From assembly GCA_029564175.1 (NCBI GenBank), contig JAKQQL010000440.1:1-64000 (forward strand): a DNA stretch of 64,000 nucleotides. Direction: 5' to 3'. Both the position numbers and the translations under genes were made by a program. A model generated the notes under the pieces. It ran no database searches. It had not been told where the DNA came from and was given only the letters and a program-made list of their open reading frames with translations. Source of the DNA: Candidatus Cloacimonadota bacterium. Its GTDB lineage: Bacteria > Cloacimonadota > Cloacimonadia > Cloacimonadales > WRIO01. Shown one piece after another: positions 9,997 through 18,954 of this stretch (its first letter is position 1; every line of letters starts with the position of its first letter).

Positions 9997-12900
9997 TTAC
10001 TTATAGTCAAACAATTTTTTCAATTCATCAACACTCAAATGTCTGAGTAACTGTTCTCCTCCTTCAATCAGGCAATCAAAGAGACTTTTTTTAGTTTGCT
10101 GTAAAAGCATGATTTTTTCTTCAACAGTTCCTTTTGTGATTAGTCTGTACACATTGACTTTTTGAGTTTGACCTATTCTGTATGCTCTGTCAATAGCCTG
10201 ATTTTCTAACATAGGATTCCACCATGGATCGACGATGATTACCGTGTCTGCTGATGTCAGATTGATGCCATAACCGCCTGTTTTTAAACTGATCAGAAAG
10301 GCTCTGACATTAGTATCTGTATTGAAATGATCGATAACCCGTTGTCTGTCTTGAACAGATCCATCCAGATATTCGAACGGAATTTTATGCTTTATCAGAA
10401 TTTCTCTGAGGATCTCCAGCATAGATATATACTGGCTGAAAATAAGGAATTTTTTGCCATTTTCATAAGTGTCCAGCAGAAGTTCTTCGAGAAGCTCAGC
10501 TTTGCCTGAAAGTTCAGGATTCGTCTTTACATTTCTGTCAATCAGATAAGGATGATCACAAATTTGTCTCAGACGAGTCAAAGCTGCCAGTAAATGGATA
10601 TAATTAACTGGTTTTTCATGTGCTTCATCAAATTCTTTTTTTACAGAATTCAAAATTTCTAGGTAGTATTTCTCTTGAATTTCAGACATCTGACAGAAGA
10701 TAGTTTGTTCTTGTTTATCAGGAAGCTCAATTAGCACTTCCTGTTTTTTTCTTCTCAGAATAAAGGGACTGATATATCTTTGTATGACGTTATTCTCAGG
10801 CTTATTGGCTAATTCCAGAGTAAGTTTTTTGAATTTAATAAGAGATGGCAGATATCCAGGCATTAAAAAATCAAAGATTGACCATAGTTCAGTAATATTA
10901 TTTTCAAGAGGTGTACCTGTAAGAGCCAGTTTATGATTTGAATTGAGTTTTTTTATTGATTTTGATCTGTGTGTATTAGGGTTTTTGATGTGTTGAGCTT
11001 CATCTAAAATAATATAATCAAACTTTAAGGCTTGAAGTTCATTGAGATCATTTTGGACGATTGCATAAGAACAGAGTACAACTTGAACCATCGCATTGCT
11101 GATCAGCGCAGTTCTTTCTTCTTTTGACCCTTCATAGATCAGATAAGATATTTGAGGAGCAAACTTATCAAACTCATTTGCCCAGTTAAACAATAGTGTT
11201 TTCGGACATACAATCAAATATCTCATATGATGAGGATTTGTAGCGATTACAGAGATTGCCTGAAGTGTTTTACCAAGTCCCATATCATCCGCTAGAATAC
11301 CGTTTAATCGGTATTTTTCAAGCATTTTAATCCAGGCAAAACCAGACTTCTGGTAACTACGCATCACAGCTCTTAAGCCAACATTAATATCAGGGGATTT
11401 TTCCATTTTACGATTTAGTAAATTGTCGTACATTGTGTTCAAATATTCATCACCATAAATTTGAATGGCTGGGTTGATAGAGCTGAGCTGATAAATCCAT
11501 GGAAGTTTATACAATGAGGTTTTAAACTTTTTATCGTTATCCTTTTGGCTTTTTTTTATAAAACCTTCAACTTCTTCAAACACTTCGCGATTATTGATGA
11601 AAACTAGTTTGCCATCCTGTGTCTTTAAAAATTTCTCTTCACTTTTGAAATAATTTCTTAATTCATCCTGACTGATATTAATTTCATTTGCTTCATAACT
11701 TAGCTCATAGCTGAACCAGTCAATGGATTCCCCTGCTGATAATTTAAAGACAGGTTTTAAGGTGATTCTGTATATAAATTCATTTCTAATTTCTTCTGCA
11801 ATTTGAATTTCCCAGTTTGTTCTGGAGAATTCAAACAGGCTTTTCTTCAGATGCTCTATTTCATTCTTACTTTTAAAACAGTACTGTGACTCATTGGTAA
11901 ATTCTAAATAAGGAATTTTGATGATGTCATGACAGAACTCTCTAATCTCAAATTCAAGATTAGGGGTAATATAAAACCAAAATTTGTGATGTGCAACTTT
12001 ATATTCAATCAATTCTGCTTTCAAATTCAAAAGGCTCAGCGGTAACAGGCATGTCTCTGCATATTTCAAATAAGCTTTCATCAGAATGTTTTTATGCTCT
12101 TTTTCAAAAACAAGCAAGATATTGGGGGGATTCTCGTAATAGTCAGGTAAAACAATACTTTCTGGTATATCAATTGAGCAGGAAGCCAGATTGAGTTGTC
12201 TTTTTAATACTGTAACCAGATATACCAGTTCATGACGTTTGATAAAAAAACTATTCTCAAAAAGTTTTTTTACATCAGGTAAATCGAGGGGTAAGTCAAG
12301 CGGATAAAGGGTCATCTCTTTCATAATGTAAGAACTATTACCAGGGAAAAAATTATTGATTTTATCCGAATCACTGACTTGTAACCGAAAATTGTAAGCA
12401 TCAATCTCTTCAAGAACCAGATTCAATTTTGTCACTTCATCAGATATTTTTAGTTTACTTCCGCTTTCATCGCAGACAATTTTGTTTAGAATCGGTTTTA
12501 GATACATAATTAGCTTGCTAAAATCTTTTTTATGAACTGAAAAAGTATTGTTTTTTCTCGAAACAGAGCATTTTACACTAATTAGTTTGTCAATAAAGGT
12601 AAGCTCTTCCTGGCTGAAAATAGGATAAACAGTCTCTAAAAATAAACTGTCTTGTTCTGACATCTCTTCTGGTAAACGGTTATTGAATTTTAAACTGATC
12701 ATAAAGATATCGGTTTTATCATAATTCTTAAAAATAAATTTGACTTTATCCGCCATTGGATCAGTCAATCCGTTGATAATGATTTGGCTGTTTAGTTTAA
12801 CTTTTTGCCAGTATTCGTTATAGACAGTCAGTTTTGACTGATATGTAACTACCCACCTTTTTTCAAGAATCTGAGATGATATACTATGATAGGCAAACTG

Positions 12901-13173
12901 CAAAATACTCAGATAATGCTTACAAAGGGGTTTGTCGCATTCTGAACATTGATAATTCTCAACTCTGTTCGTTTTCAGACTATATTTTATTTTTAAACGG
13001 ATTTTTTTATTTTCATCATAAACAGGCTTAATCAAGAATGAAAAAACATAATTTCCTGACTCATCTATTACGACATCGTAAGAAACTTCTTCATCCCTGT
13101 ATTTCTCCATTTTATCTTTGAAATACCAGGTATTTGAATGTTCATGATAATCACTCCCAAACAGTTTCGCCAT
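9997..13173 (-). CDS. SWIM zinc finger-SNF2 family helicase
   Basis: CSECDKPLCKH, GILADDMGLGKT, ILDEAQHIKN, LTGTPLEN, WWNPMLENQAIDRAYRIGQ. Confidence 0.93.
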   Translation of the reverse strand: MAKLFGSDYHEHSNTWYFKDKMEKYRDEEVSYDVVIDESGNYVFSFLIKPVYDENKKIRLKIKYSLKTNRVENYQCSECDKPLCKHYLSILQFAYHSISSQILEKRWVVTYQSKLTVYNEYWQKVKLNSQIIINGLTDPMADKVKFIFKNYDKTDIFMISLKFNNRLPEEMSEQDSLFLETVYPIFSQEELTFIDKLISVKCSVSRKNNTFSVHKKDFSKLIMYLKPILNKIVCDESGSKLKISDEVTKLNLVLEEIDAYNFRLQVSDSDKINNFFPGNSSYIMKEMTLYPLDLPLDLPDVKKLFENSFFIKRHELVYLVTVLKRQLNLASCSIDIPESIVLPDYYENPPNILLVFEKEHKNILMKAYLKYAETCLLPLSLLNLKAELIEYKVAHHKFWFYITPNLEFEIREFCHDIIKIPYLEFTNESQYCFKSKNEIEHLKKSLFEFSRTNWEIQIAEEIRNEFIYRITLKPVFKLSAGESIDWFSYELSYEANEINISQDELRNYFKSEEKFLKTQDGKLVFINNREVFEEVEGFIKKSQKDNDKKFKTSLYKLPWIYQLSSINPAIQIYGDEYLNTMYDNLLNRKMEKSPDINVGLRAVMRSYQKSGFAWIKMLEKYRLNGILADDMGLGKTLQAISVIATNPHHMRYLIVCPKTLLFNWANEFDKFAPQISYLIYEGSKEERTALISNAMVQVVLCSYAIVQNDLNELQALKFDYIILDEAQHIKNPNTHRSKSIKKLNSNHKLALTGTPLENNITELWSIFDFLMPGYLPSLIKFKKLTLELANKPENNVIQRYISPFILRRKKQEVLIELPDKQEQTIFCQMSEIQEKYYLEILNSVKKEFDEAHEKPVNYIHLLAALTRLRQICDHPYLIDRNVKTNPELSGKAELLEELLLDTYENGKKFLIFSQYISMLEILREILIKHKIPFEYLDGSVQDRQRVIDHFNTDTNVRAFLISLKTGGYGINLTSADTVIIVDPWWNPMLENQAIDRAYRIGQTQKVNVYRLITKGTVEEKIMLLQQTKKSLFDCLIEGGEQLLRHLSVDELKKLFDYK

Positions 13174-13261
13174 ATTTCCCCCAAAATCTGATCCACCAAT
13201 ATATTAACAGAAGAGCAATTCTTTTACTCTTTTATCAATATACAGACACTTATTATTTTTT

Positions 13262-13287
13262 CGCAAGCAGGTAGCTTACGTAACAAC
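13262..13287 (-). repeat. Dispersed REP-like imperfect palindrome
   Basis: Reverse complement GTTGTTACGTAAGCTACCTGCTTGCG matches 62623-62648 at 23 of 26 positions. Confidence 0.65.
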
Positions 13288-13336
13288 TTTATTTCTGATA
13301 ACAGGAGTTTCAGAGAACATTTTCCTTCACTCTTTT

Positions 13337-13370
13337 AAAAAGTAAATCCCCTCCCTGGAAAGAGAGGGGG
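13337..13370 (-). terminator. Rho-independent terminator after PorV-like gene
   Basis: Minus strand CCCCTCTCT-TTCC-AGGGAGGGG (one G-U pair) followed by ATTTACTTTTT. Confidence 0.75.
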
Positions 13371-13385
13371 TATTTATTCTGATAT

Positions 13386-14231
13386 TTAGAATTTAAGTGA
13401 TAAACCAAAATGATGAGTAGGATTTAAAACCGAATGGGTATTGACTGCATAATCAACTGCAAGTCCTTTGTAAGGTCTGATACCAGCTCCAAAAGAATAA
13501 GCAGCTGGATTGTTTCTTACACCGGTTCTGATGAGAAGCATAGGATGAACTTCAACTTCAACGCCGGCATGATACTCACTGTCACCATTCCAGGTCTTTT
13601 TGATATCAAAGGCAGTTGTAACACCCTGATAAGGGATGTATGCAATGCCTGCAGCCAGTCTCTGAGGTAATTCGTGTTCGTTTTCATCACCGATTCTTGG
13701 ATTATTGAAATTTGTTACATTGAATCCTAATTTGGTACGTGTATGTAAGATGGCAATTGCACCGGCATTAAATCCAACACTTGTCTGACTGCCTAATTCA
13801 TCAAAGCTGAGATTGTAAATATTCGCTGAGTAACCAAAATAGATTTCTGAATTTACATCTTTATTCAAGCAAATAGAATGACCTAAAGCGTAGGTTCTTT
13901 CGCTCATCAGATTGACGTCTTCAAATTCTACTGACATATCCTGATAAGCAAAGGCAAGCGTTCCAAGTTTGTTTGTCGCATAAGTGCCACCAATAGTAGT
14001 TAGGCCTGTAAAACTATTTCCGAATAATTGGGTATAAGCACCGCCATACTGGTTTCCTGCAAGGGAAAGGCCTGCAGGGTTATAGAATATGCCATCATAG
14101 GCATCACTGGTAGCTGTGTATGTGCCAGCCATTGCTCTGGCTCTGACAGAAGGTTCGTAATCATCAAAAATTGCAGATAATGGAAGAACTGCAATCAGAC
14201 TCAGACAGATTATTAAGCGTATTTTATTCAT
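13386..14231 (-). CDS. PorV/PorQ-like outer-membrane beta-barrel protein
   Basis: Signal peptide, SVRARAMAG and IFYNPAGL plug motifs, alternating beta strands, C-terminal HHFGLSLKF. Confidence 0.75.
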   Translation of the reverse strand: MNKIRLIICLSLIAVLPLSAIFDDYEPSVRARAMAGTYTATSDAYDGIFYNPAGLSLAGNQYGGAYTQLFGNSFTGLTTIGGTYATNKLGTLAFAYQDMSVEFEDVNLMSERTYALGHSICLNKDVNSEIYFGYSANIYNLSFDELGSQTSVGFNAGAIAILHTRTKLGFNVTNFNNPRIGDENEHELPQRLAAGIAYIPYQGVTTAFDIKKTWNGDSEYHAGVEVEVHPMLLIRTGVRNNPAAYSFGAGIRPYKGLAVDYAVNTHSVLNPTHHFGLSLKF

Positions 14232-14241
14232 TGCTTCCTCC

Positions 14242-15858
14242 TTATTTCAATTTCATTCCGATGACGATTGGCACCTGATATGTTTTTTTATCTCCGGTTG
14301 CTCGTTCGGTTACTTCTAGATGACAAATGTAAAGACCTGGCTCTACATGTTGATGATTTTTATCTTTACCATTCCATGTGTAGAAATTTATACCATTAGT
14401 ATTACCACTAACAGTACTAACAGGTGTTGTAACCAGTTTTCCTTCACCGTTATAAATCCTGATAATTGCTTTATCATCTGATTGAAAGAAATAACCAATT
14501 TCAATCTGATCTCCATTATAGATGTTATATACTTTAGGCGTTACTTTTAAAACAGCCTTATGTGTGGTTACAGGGAATACATATCGTGCTGGCTGACCAT
14601 TATCAAAAGAATCGGCTATAGTGGTGAGTAAAGAATCATCTTCAGCCCATATTTTGATATTTAAAATGGTCCCTGCTTTTTGTCCAGGTACGATCGCTTC
14701 GTATATATTTAACGCAACACTGTCCATAACCGCTTCTGTATAATTCTGACTGTAATTTGTAGAATAAAGCACTTTTACAGCAATGACTCTGCCATCAGAA
14801 TCGGCAACATTGGCTTGAACAGTTAAATCTTCTCCGGCATTTGGCTGGTTTAAAAATCTGATATTGCTGACAACAGGTTTTCTTTTAAGGACAGTAATTC
14901 TATGAGTCGGTGAATCTACCTGAATACCATCATTATCCCATGCGCTGATATAGATATAATAATCACCTTCTTCATTGGATAAGGTATTGAAGGCAGGCAA
15001 AGTAACTGAATAGTCATTACCTGATGTATGGGTCATATTGACTATGCGAGTAAAATCAGTTTCAGTATCCATTCTGTAAAAGACTTTTGCACTATCGATA
15101 GTGCCATTGTAGTCAATAATTTTAGCAGTAACTATGATTGGTTGATCTATAAAAGGATTGACAGGGCTATGCTGAATATTATTAACGAGCGGTTCAGTTA
15201 GTCTGATGACAAAATCTGACTGATAAGCCGGCAGGACTTGGGCGGCATTACTATAAATGCTAACAACTCCATAACCATCAATTGGTATCCCTGCAGTTAA
15301 ATTTGAGTAGTCAATATTTGTAGATGGCCAGACTCTATAAACAATTGTTTTATTCGTGTCATCTTCAATTGTAATATTCGCTCCGCCATCAGAAGTAACA
15401 TAAGGGTTTTCAGTAAGTGAACCAGATAATTTTACATAAGTACCTTCATAGTACTGATAGTTTTGAGCTTGTTCGATGGTCAAAGGGATAACAGGTAATG
15501 GCAGACCTCGATCGATTTCTTCGATTGAAGTCATATTAGTGATTTCTGTCACTCCTTGATATTCAGTTACTTTACCTGTAACTTTGAGTTCATAACCTCT
15601 AACAATTTTACTGGTATGTTCAGCAGTAATGCTGCCATTGTATAGCATCATTCCACGACCTGAACTGTCTTGAATGTAAGCTCTCAGTTGGCTGGCATGA
15701 ATTGTTCTTGCGCCAATCGTCACGATACCCTGAATAGTAACCGTGCGGTTGTTATAATAGGAAATACTATCCTGAATATTTGCAATTGGAGTGATGGTCT
15801 GTGCAAATAAGGGTAATAGTAATACCATAATGGCTATTGATAAAATTAGCCTTTTCAT
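14242..15858 (-). CDS. Secreted protein with tandem OB-fold-like domains, Ig-like repeats and FlgD/T9SS-like C-terminal domain
   Basis: Signal peptide; ITPIANIQ...VTIQGIVT...YIQDSSG...VTGKVTEYQGVTEI; C-terminal IRIYNGEGKLV...WNGKD...PGLYICHL. Confidence 0.7.
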   Translation of the reverse strand: MKRLILSIAIMVLLLPLFAQTITPIANIQDSISYYNNRTVTIQGIVTIGARTIHASQLRAYIQDSSGRGMMLYNGSITAEHTSKIVRGYELKVTGKVTEYQGVTEITNMTSIEEIDRGLPLPVIPLTIEQAQNYQYYEGTYVKLSGSLTENPYVTSDGGANITIEDDTNKTIVYRVWPSTNIDYSNLTAGIPIDGYGVVSIYSNAAQVLPAYQSDFVIRLTEPLVNNIQHSPVNPFIDQPIIVTAKIIDYNGTIDSAKVFYRMDTETDFTRIVNMTHTSGNDYSVTLPAFNTLSNEEGDYYIYISAWDNDGIQVDSPTHRITVLKRKPVVSNIRFLNQPNAGEDLTVQANVADSDGRVIAVKVLYSTNYSQNYTEAVMDSVALNIYEAIVPGQKAGTILNIKIWAEDDSLLTTIADSFDNGQPARYVFPVTTHKAVLKVTPKVYNIYNGDQIEIGYFFQSDDKAIIRIYNGEGKLVTTPVSTVSGNTNGINFYTWNGKDKNHQHVEPGLYICHLEVTERATGDKKTYQVPIVIGMKLK

Positions 15859-16349
15859 TTAACCTCCAATGTTTTCTTTTCAAAGAATACATAATATATT
15901 AATAAGATTGTGATTGCAATGACAATTGCACTGTCTGCGATATTGAATATTGGCCAGCGATGCATAATAAAGTCTGGAAAATCAACATCGAGAAAATCTG
16001 TTACACTGCCGAGTATGATTCTGTCCAGTAGATTTCCAACAGCTCCCCCAATAACCAGTGAATAAGCGAGTAACTCCGTTTTGGAATTACTTTTATTCAT
16101 GATATACACTAGAAGAATCAGGAAAATAAAGCTTATGCTTATAAAGACGATTCTGTTAGTTAAAGGACTACCAAAACTTAAACTGAAAGCTGCACCAGTG
16201 TTTTGAACATGGGTGAGTCTAAAAAGATTACCAATGACTTCTATTGAGTTATCGGGCATTTTTATCCTGACCAGCAATTTTGTGATCTGATCGAGAATGA
16301 TAATAGTCAATGAAATCCAAAGGTATTTAAGCCAGTCGTATAATCTCAT
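15855..16349 (-). CDS. lspA: Signal peptidase II
   Basis: DQITK, NTGAAFS, GGAVGNLLDR, VTDFL, WPIFNIADS. Confidence 0.96.
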   Translation of the reverse strand: MRLYDWLKYLWISLTIIILDQITKLLVRIKMPDNSIEVIGNLFRLTHVQNTGAAFSLSFGSPLTNRIVFISISFIFLILLVYIMNKSNSKTELLAYSLVIGGAVGNLLDRIILGSVTDFLDVDFPDFIMHRWPIFNIADSAIVIAITILLIYYVFFEKKTLEVK

Positions 16350-16351
16350 AT

Positions 16352-16744
16352 CTATTTTTTTTTCTTCTTTTCTTCTTTTGATTTACAGTCAACACAAAAA
16401 CGTGCATAAGGAATAATTCTCAAACGTGCTTCCTGAATGTAATCTCCACAGATTTCACAGATACCGTAAGATCTCTCATAAACGCGTTTGAGTGCTTCAT
16501 TTATTAATTTTAATTTTTTACTTTCCTGATCAAGGAGGTAAGCCTGTTTTTCCAATTCAGAAGTGTCTGTTCCTTGATCTGCCTGATGAAAGGCATAACT
16601 TGACAAATCTCCTGCACTGTCTTTAGAACCTTTTTTTTGTAAATCACCCATTTCGGCAATCAGCTTGAGGGATTCTTCTCTCTCTTTAAGTAAAGCATCT
16701 TCGTAAAGTTTTAATTTTTCTTTTGGTAAGCTTTCTGCTGCCAT
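16352..16744 (-). CDS. TraR/DksA C4-type zinc finger protein
   Basis: HQADQGTD coiled-coil tip, YGICEICG...RL...CVDC. Confidence 0.9.
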   Translation of the reverse strand: MAAESLPKEKLKLYEDALLKEREESLKLIAEMGDLQKKGSKDSAGDLSSYAFHQADQGTDTSELEKQAYLLDQESKKLKLINEALKRVYERSYGICEICGDYIQEARLRIIPYARFCVDCKSKEEKKKKK

Positions 16745-17574
16745 TACTTATTTCTCCTTTTGTTCAGTTCTTTTATTGTATTTTTTAAAATATTGATAAG
16801 GTTATCTGATGCTTTGAGGGCATTTTCCCTGATTTCTTCCTGACTATGTGCTTCACTATGGAAAATATTACTCAGATTTGTAACAACAGATATTGCCAGA
16901 ATCTTCAATCCTGCATGAATGCCAACAATTACTTCTGGTACCGTTGACATTCCAACCAGGTCAGCTCCGAGAGAAGCAAAGAGTTTGCATTCCGCTTTTG
17001 TTTCCAGAGAAGGACCGCTTACTGCACAATAAACTCCTTCTTGAAGATTGATATTGTTTTCAACAGCAAATTTTCGGGTAATTTCCTGAAGTTCATGATG
17101 ATATGGCTCATGCATACTGGGAAATCTTTCTCCGAAATCTTCCCAGTTTTCTCCTATCAAAGGATTCGTGCCCATCATGTTGATGTGATCTGAGAGCATA
17201 ACCAGGCAACCTGGTGTCATTTTGGGGTTGAGACTACCTGCTGCATTGGTGACAAAGAGATATTCAATTCCAAGCATTTTCATCACACGAACCGGATAAG
17301 TGACCTGAATCATACTATATCCTTCATAATAATGAAATCTACCTTGCAACATTAAAACTGGTACGTCTGAAAGATATCCGGCAATGAGTTTTCCTTGATG
17401 AGAAGGAGCAGTTGATCTTACAAAACCAGGAATGTCTTCATAAGGAATTTCAATACTGTTTTCTACTTCAGTAGCGAGTGCATTTAATCCAGTACCCAGA
17501 ATGATACCAGCAAGGGGAGTAAATGGAATTTTTGATTTGAGAAAATTAATGCTTTGATCAATGGTTGTCTGCAT
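16744..17574 (-). CDS. punA: Purine-nucleoside phosphorylase (trimeric PNP family)
   Basis: IILGTG, QGRFHYYEG, TNAAGSLN, GPSLET, GMSTVPE. Confidence 0.92.
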   Translation of the reverse strand: MQTTIDQSINFLKSKIPFTPLAGIILGTGLNALATEVENSIEIPYEDIPGFVRSTAPSHQGKLIAGYLSDVPVLMLQGRFHYYEGYSMIQVTYPVRVMKMLGIEYLFVTNAAGSLNPKMTPGCLVMLSDHINMMGTNPLIGENWEDFGERFPSMHEPYHHELQEITRKFAVENNINLQEGVYCAVSGPSLETKAECKLFASLGADLVGMSTVPEVIVGIHAGLKILAISVVTNLSNIFHSEAHSQEEIRENALKASDNLINILKNTIKELNKRRNK

Positions 17575-18127
17575 TTATATTCTCCGTTTTAATTGAGCTT
17601 GCCTGATTAAATTGTGTATCCATTTCTGATTCTCTTGCACTATTCATTAATGGGTCCTGTTCAATTCTCTGTATAAAAGTCTTAATTTGAGCATGAGTTT
17701 CCATTAAAAACTGTCTTTTGCTTTCTTTCAGATTAACAAAATGATGTTGTAATGCATTGATGTATTGTTTTGTATCATCAATTGCTTTTTTAGCTGCTAG
17801 TTCAGCACTACGGATGATATTTTCTGCTTCTTTATTGGCATTTCTGATGATATCATTTTTTGTGTTTTCTGCCTGAATCAGTGTTTTGCTAATTAATTCT
17901 TCTTTTTTTTGAAGTTGTTCAAGAACAAGAGCAGATTGAGATCTGTCATCAAAAATATTGTTTTTGTATGGATCATTAGAGTCTGATTTTTGTGAGATTA
18001 AATCTTCAATCTGGGTTGACAACATTTCCAGATAGTCACGTACCTCATTTTTATTAAATCCAAAAAGTGAAGAAGAAAAGTCTTTGTGTCTGATTTCAAC
18101 CGGTGTTAAATCAAATTTTTCGTTCAT
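17558..18127 (-). CDS. DivIVA domain protein
   Basis: LTPVEIRHKDF...GFNKNEVRDYL N-terminus plus coiled coil. Confidence 0.88.
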   Translation of the reverse strand: MNEKFDLTPVEIRHKDFSSSLFGFNKNEVRDYLEMLSTQIEDLISQKSDSNDPYKNNIFDDRSQSALVLEQLQKKEELISKTLIQAENTKNDIIRNANKEAENIIRSAELAAKKAIDDTKQYINALQHHFVNLKESKRQFLMETHAQIKTFIQRIEQDPLMNSARESEMDTQFNQASSIKTENINADNH

Positions 18128-18151
18128 ATATTCCTCTTTTTAAAAATTATT

Positions 18152-18415
18152 TTAAAAACCTGCAATAAAAGGTAAAACCATGCCTTTAATGATGTATTCT
18201 ATAATCAGAATAACGACAATAGGAGATAGATCCATTCCTGCAAAAGCAGGTAAAACTCTTCTGAATGGATCCAGTACTGGCTCTGTAATATTGATCAAAG
18301 CTCTGTACAGAGGATTGTAAGGATCAGGGGAAAACCATGATATAATTGCTCTTATGATTAAGACATAGACATACAAGCTGCACAGCATTGATAATAATCT
18401 GACAATAAAAATCAC
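18152..18415 (-). CDS. yggT: YggT family membrane protein
   Basis: IRAIISWFSPDPYNP...ITEPVLDPFRR...MDLSPIV; GTG start with AGGAG RBS. Confidence 0.92.
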   Translation of the reverse strand: MIFIVRLLSMLCSLYVYVLIIRAIISWFSPDPYNPLYRALINITEPVLDPFRRVLPAFAGMDLSPIVVILIIEYIIKGMVLPFIAGF

Positions 18416-18905
18416 TATAAACTCCTAGCTTACTATTTATTTTACTATTATGACTTACACAATATGACAATTTAGTCATTTTGTATTTAAACAAGATTAT
18501 GTCAATCATTTTGTTTGTGTATTACTTTCTTCATTGTTTGAATAAGGTATGACTAATTCTAAGTTGATTTTCAATTATATTTTTATATCTGATTGATACC
18601 AATAATATTTTAAATCTATTGTTTGAGGGGTGTTATGAAAGAAAAAATACGATTTTACTCTATAGATTTTTTTAAAATATTATTTTATCATTTTTTAGCT
18701 GGCAGTATATCATTAAATTCTTTGTTTTTACACTTGATGAATCTTTTTAAAAAATAGGATCAATATCATATGAAACTCTTATCTGTCCTGTAGAAAACTA
18801 TTAAAATACTATATTGAAACAATCTGATTACAAGTCCATTTCTCAAATAAATAGGAGTGTAATACATAAATCTGTTTAATTAAAGATAAAACTTGTTAAA
18901 TAAAT

Positions 18906-18933
18906 AAAAAAGCCAGTCCAAATGACTGGCTTT
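18906..18933 (-). terminator. Rho-independent terminator after M28 peptidase
   Basis: Minus strand AAAGCCAGTC-ATTTG-GACTGGCTTTTTT. Confidence 0.85.
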
Positions 18934-18954
18934 ATAGATAAAGAGGTTTTTTGT

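Noticed and set aside
9997..13173. SNF2 helicase as part of an anti-phage or restriction system
   Set aside because: Stand-alone SWIM-SNF2 architecture is common; no methylase, nuclease or other defence genes adjacent
17558..18415. DivIVA in an apparent diderm as a novelty
   Set aside because: The yggT-divIVA arrangement is known from several diderm lineages and is ordinary housekeeping context
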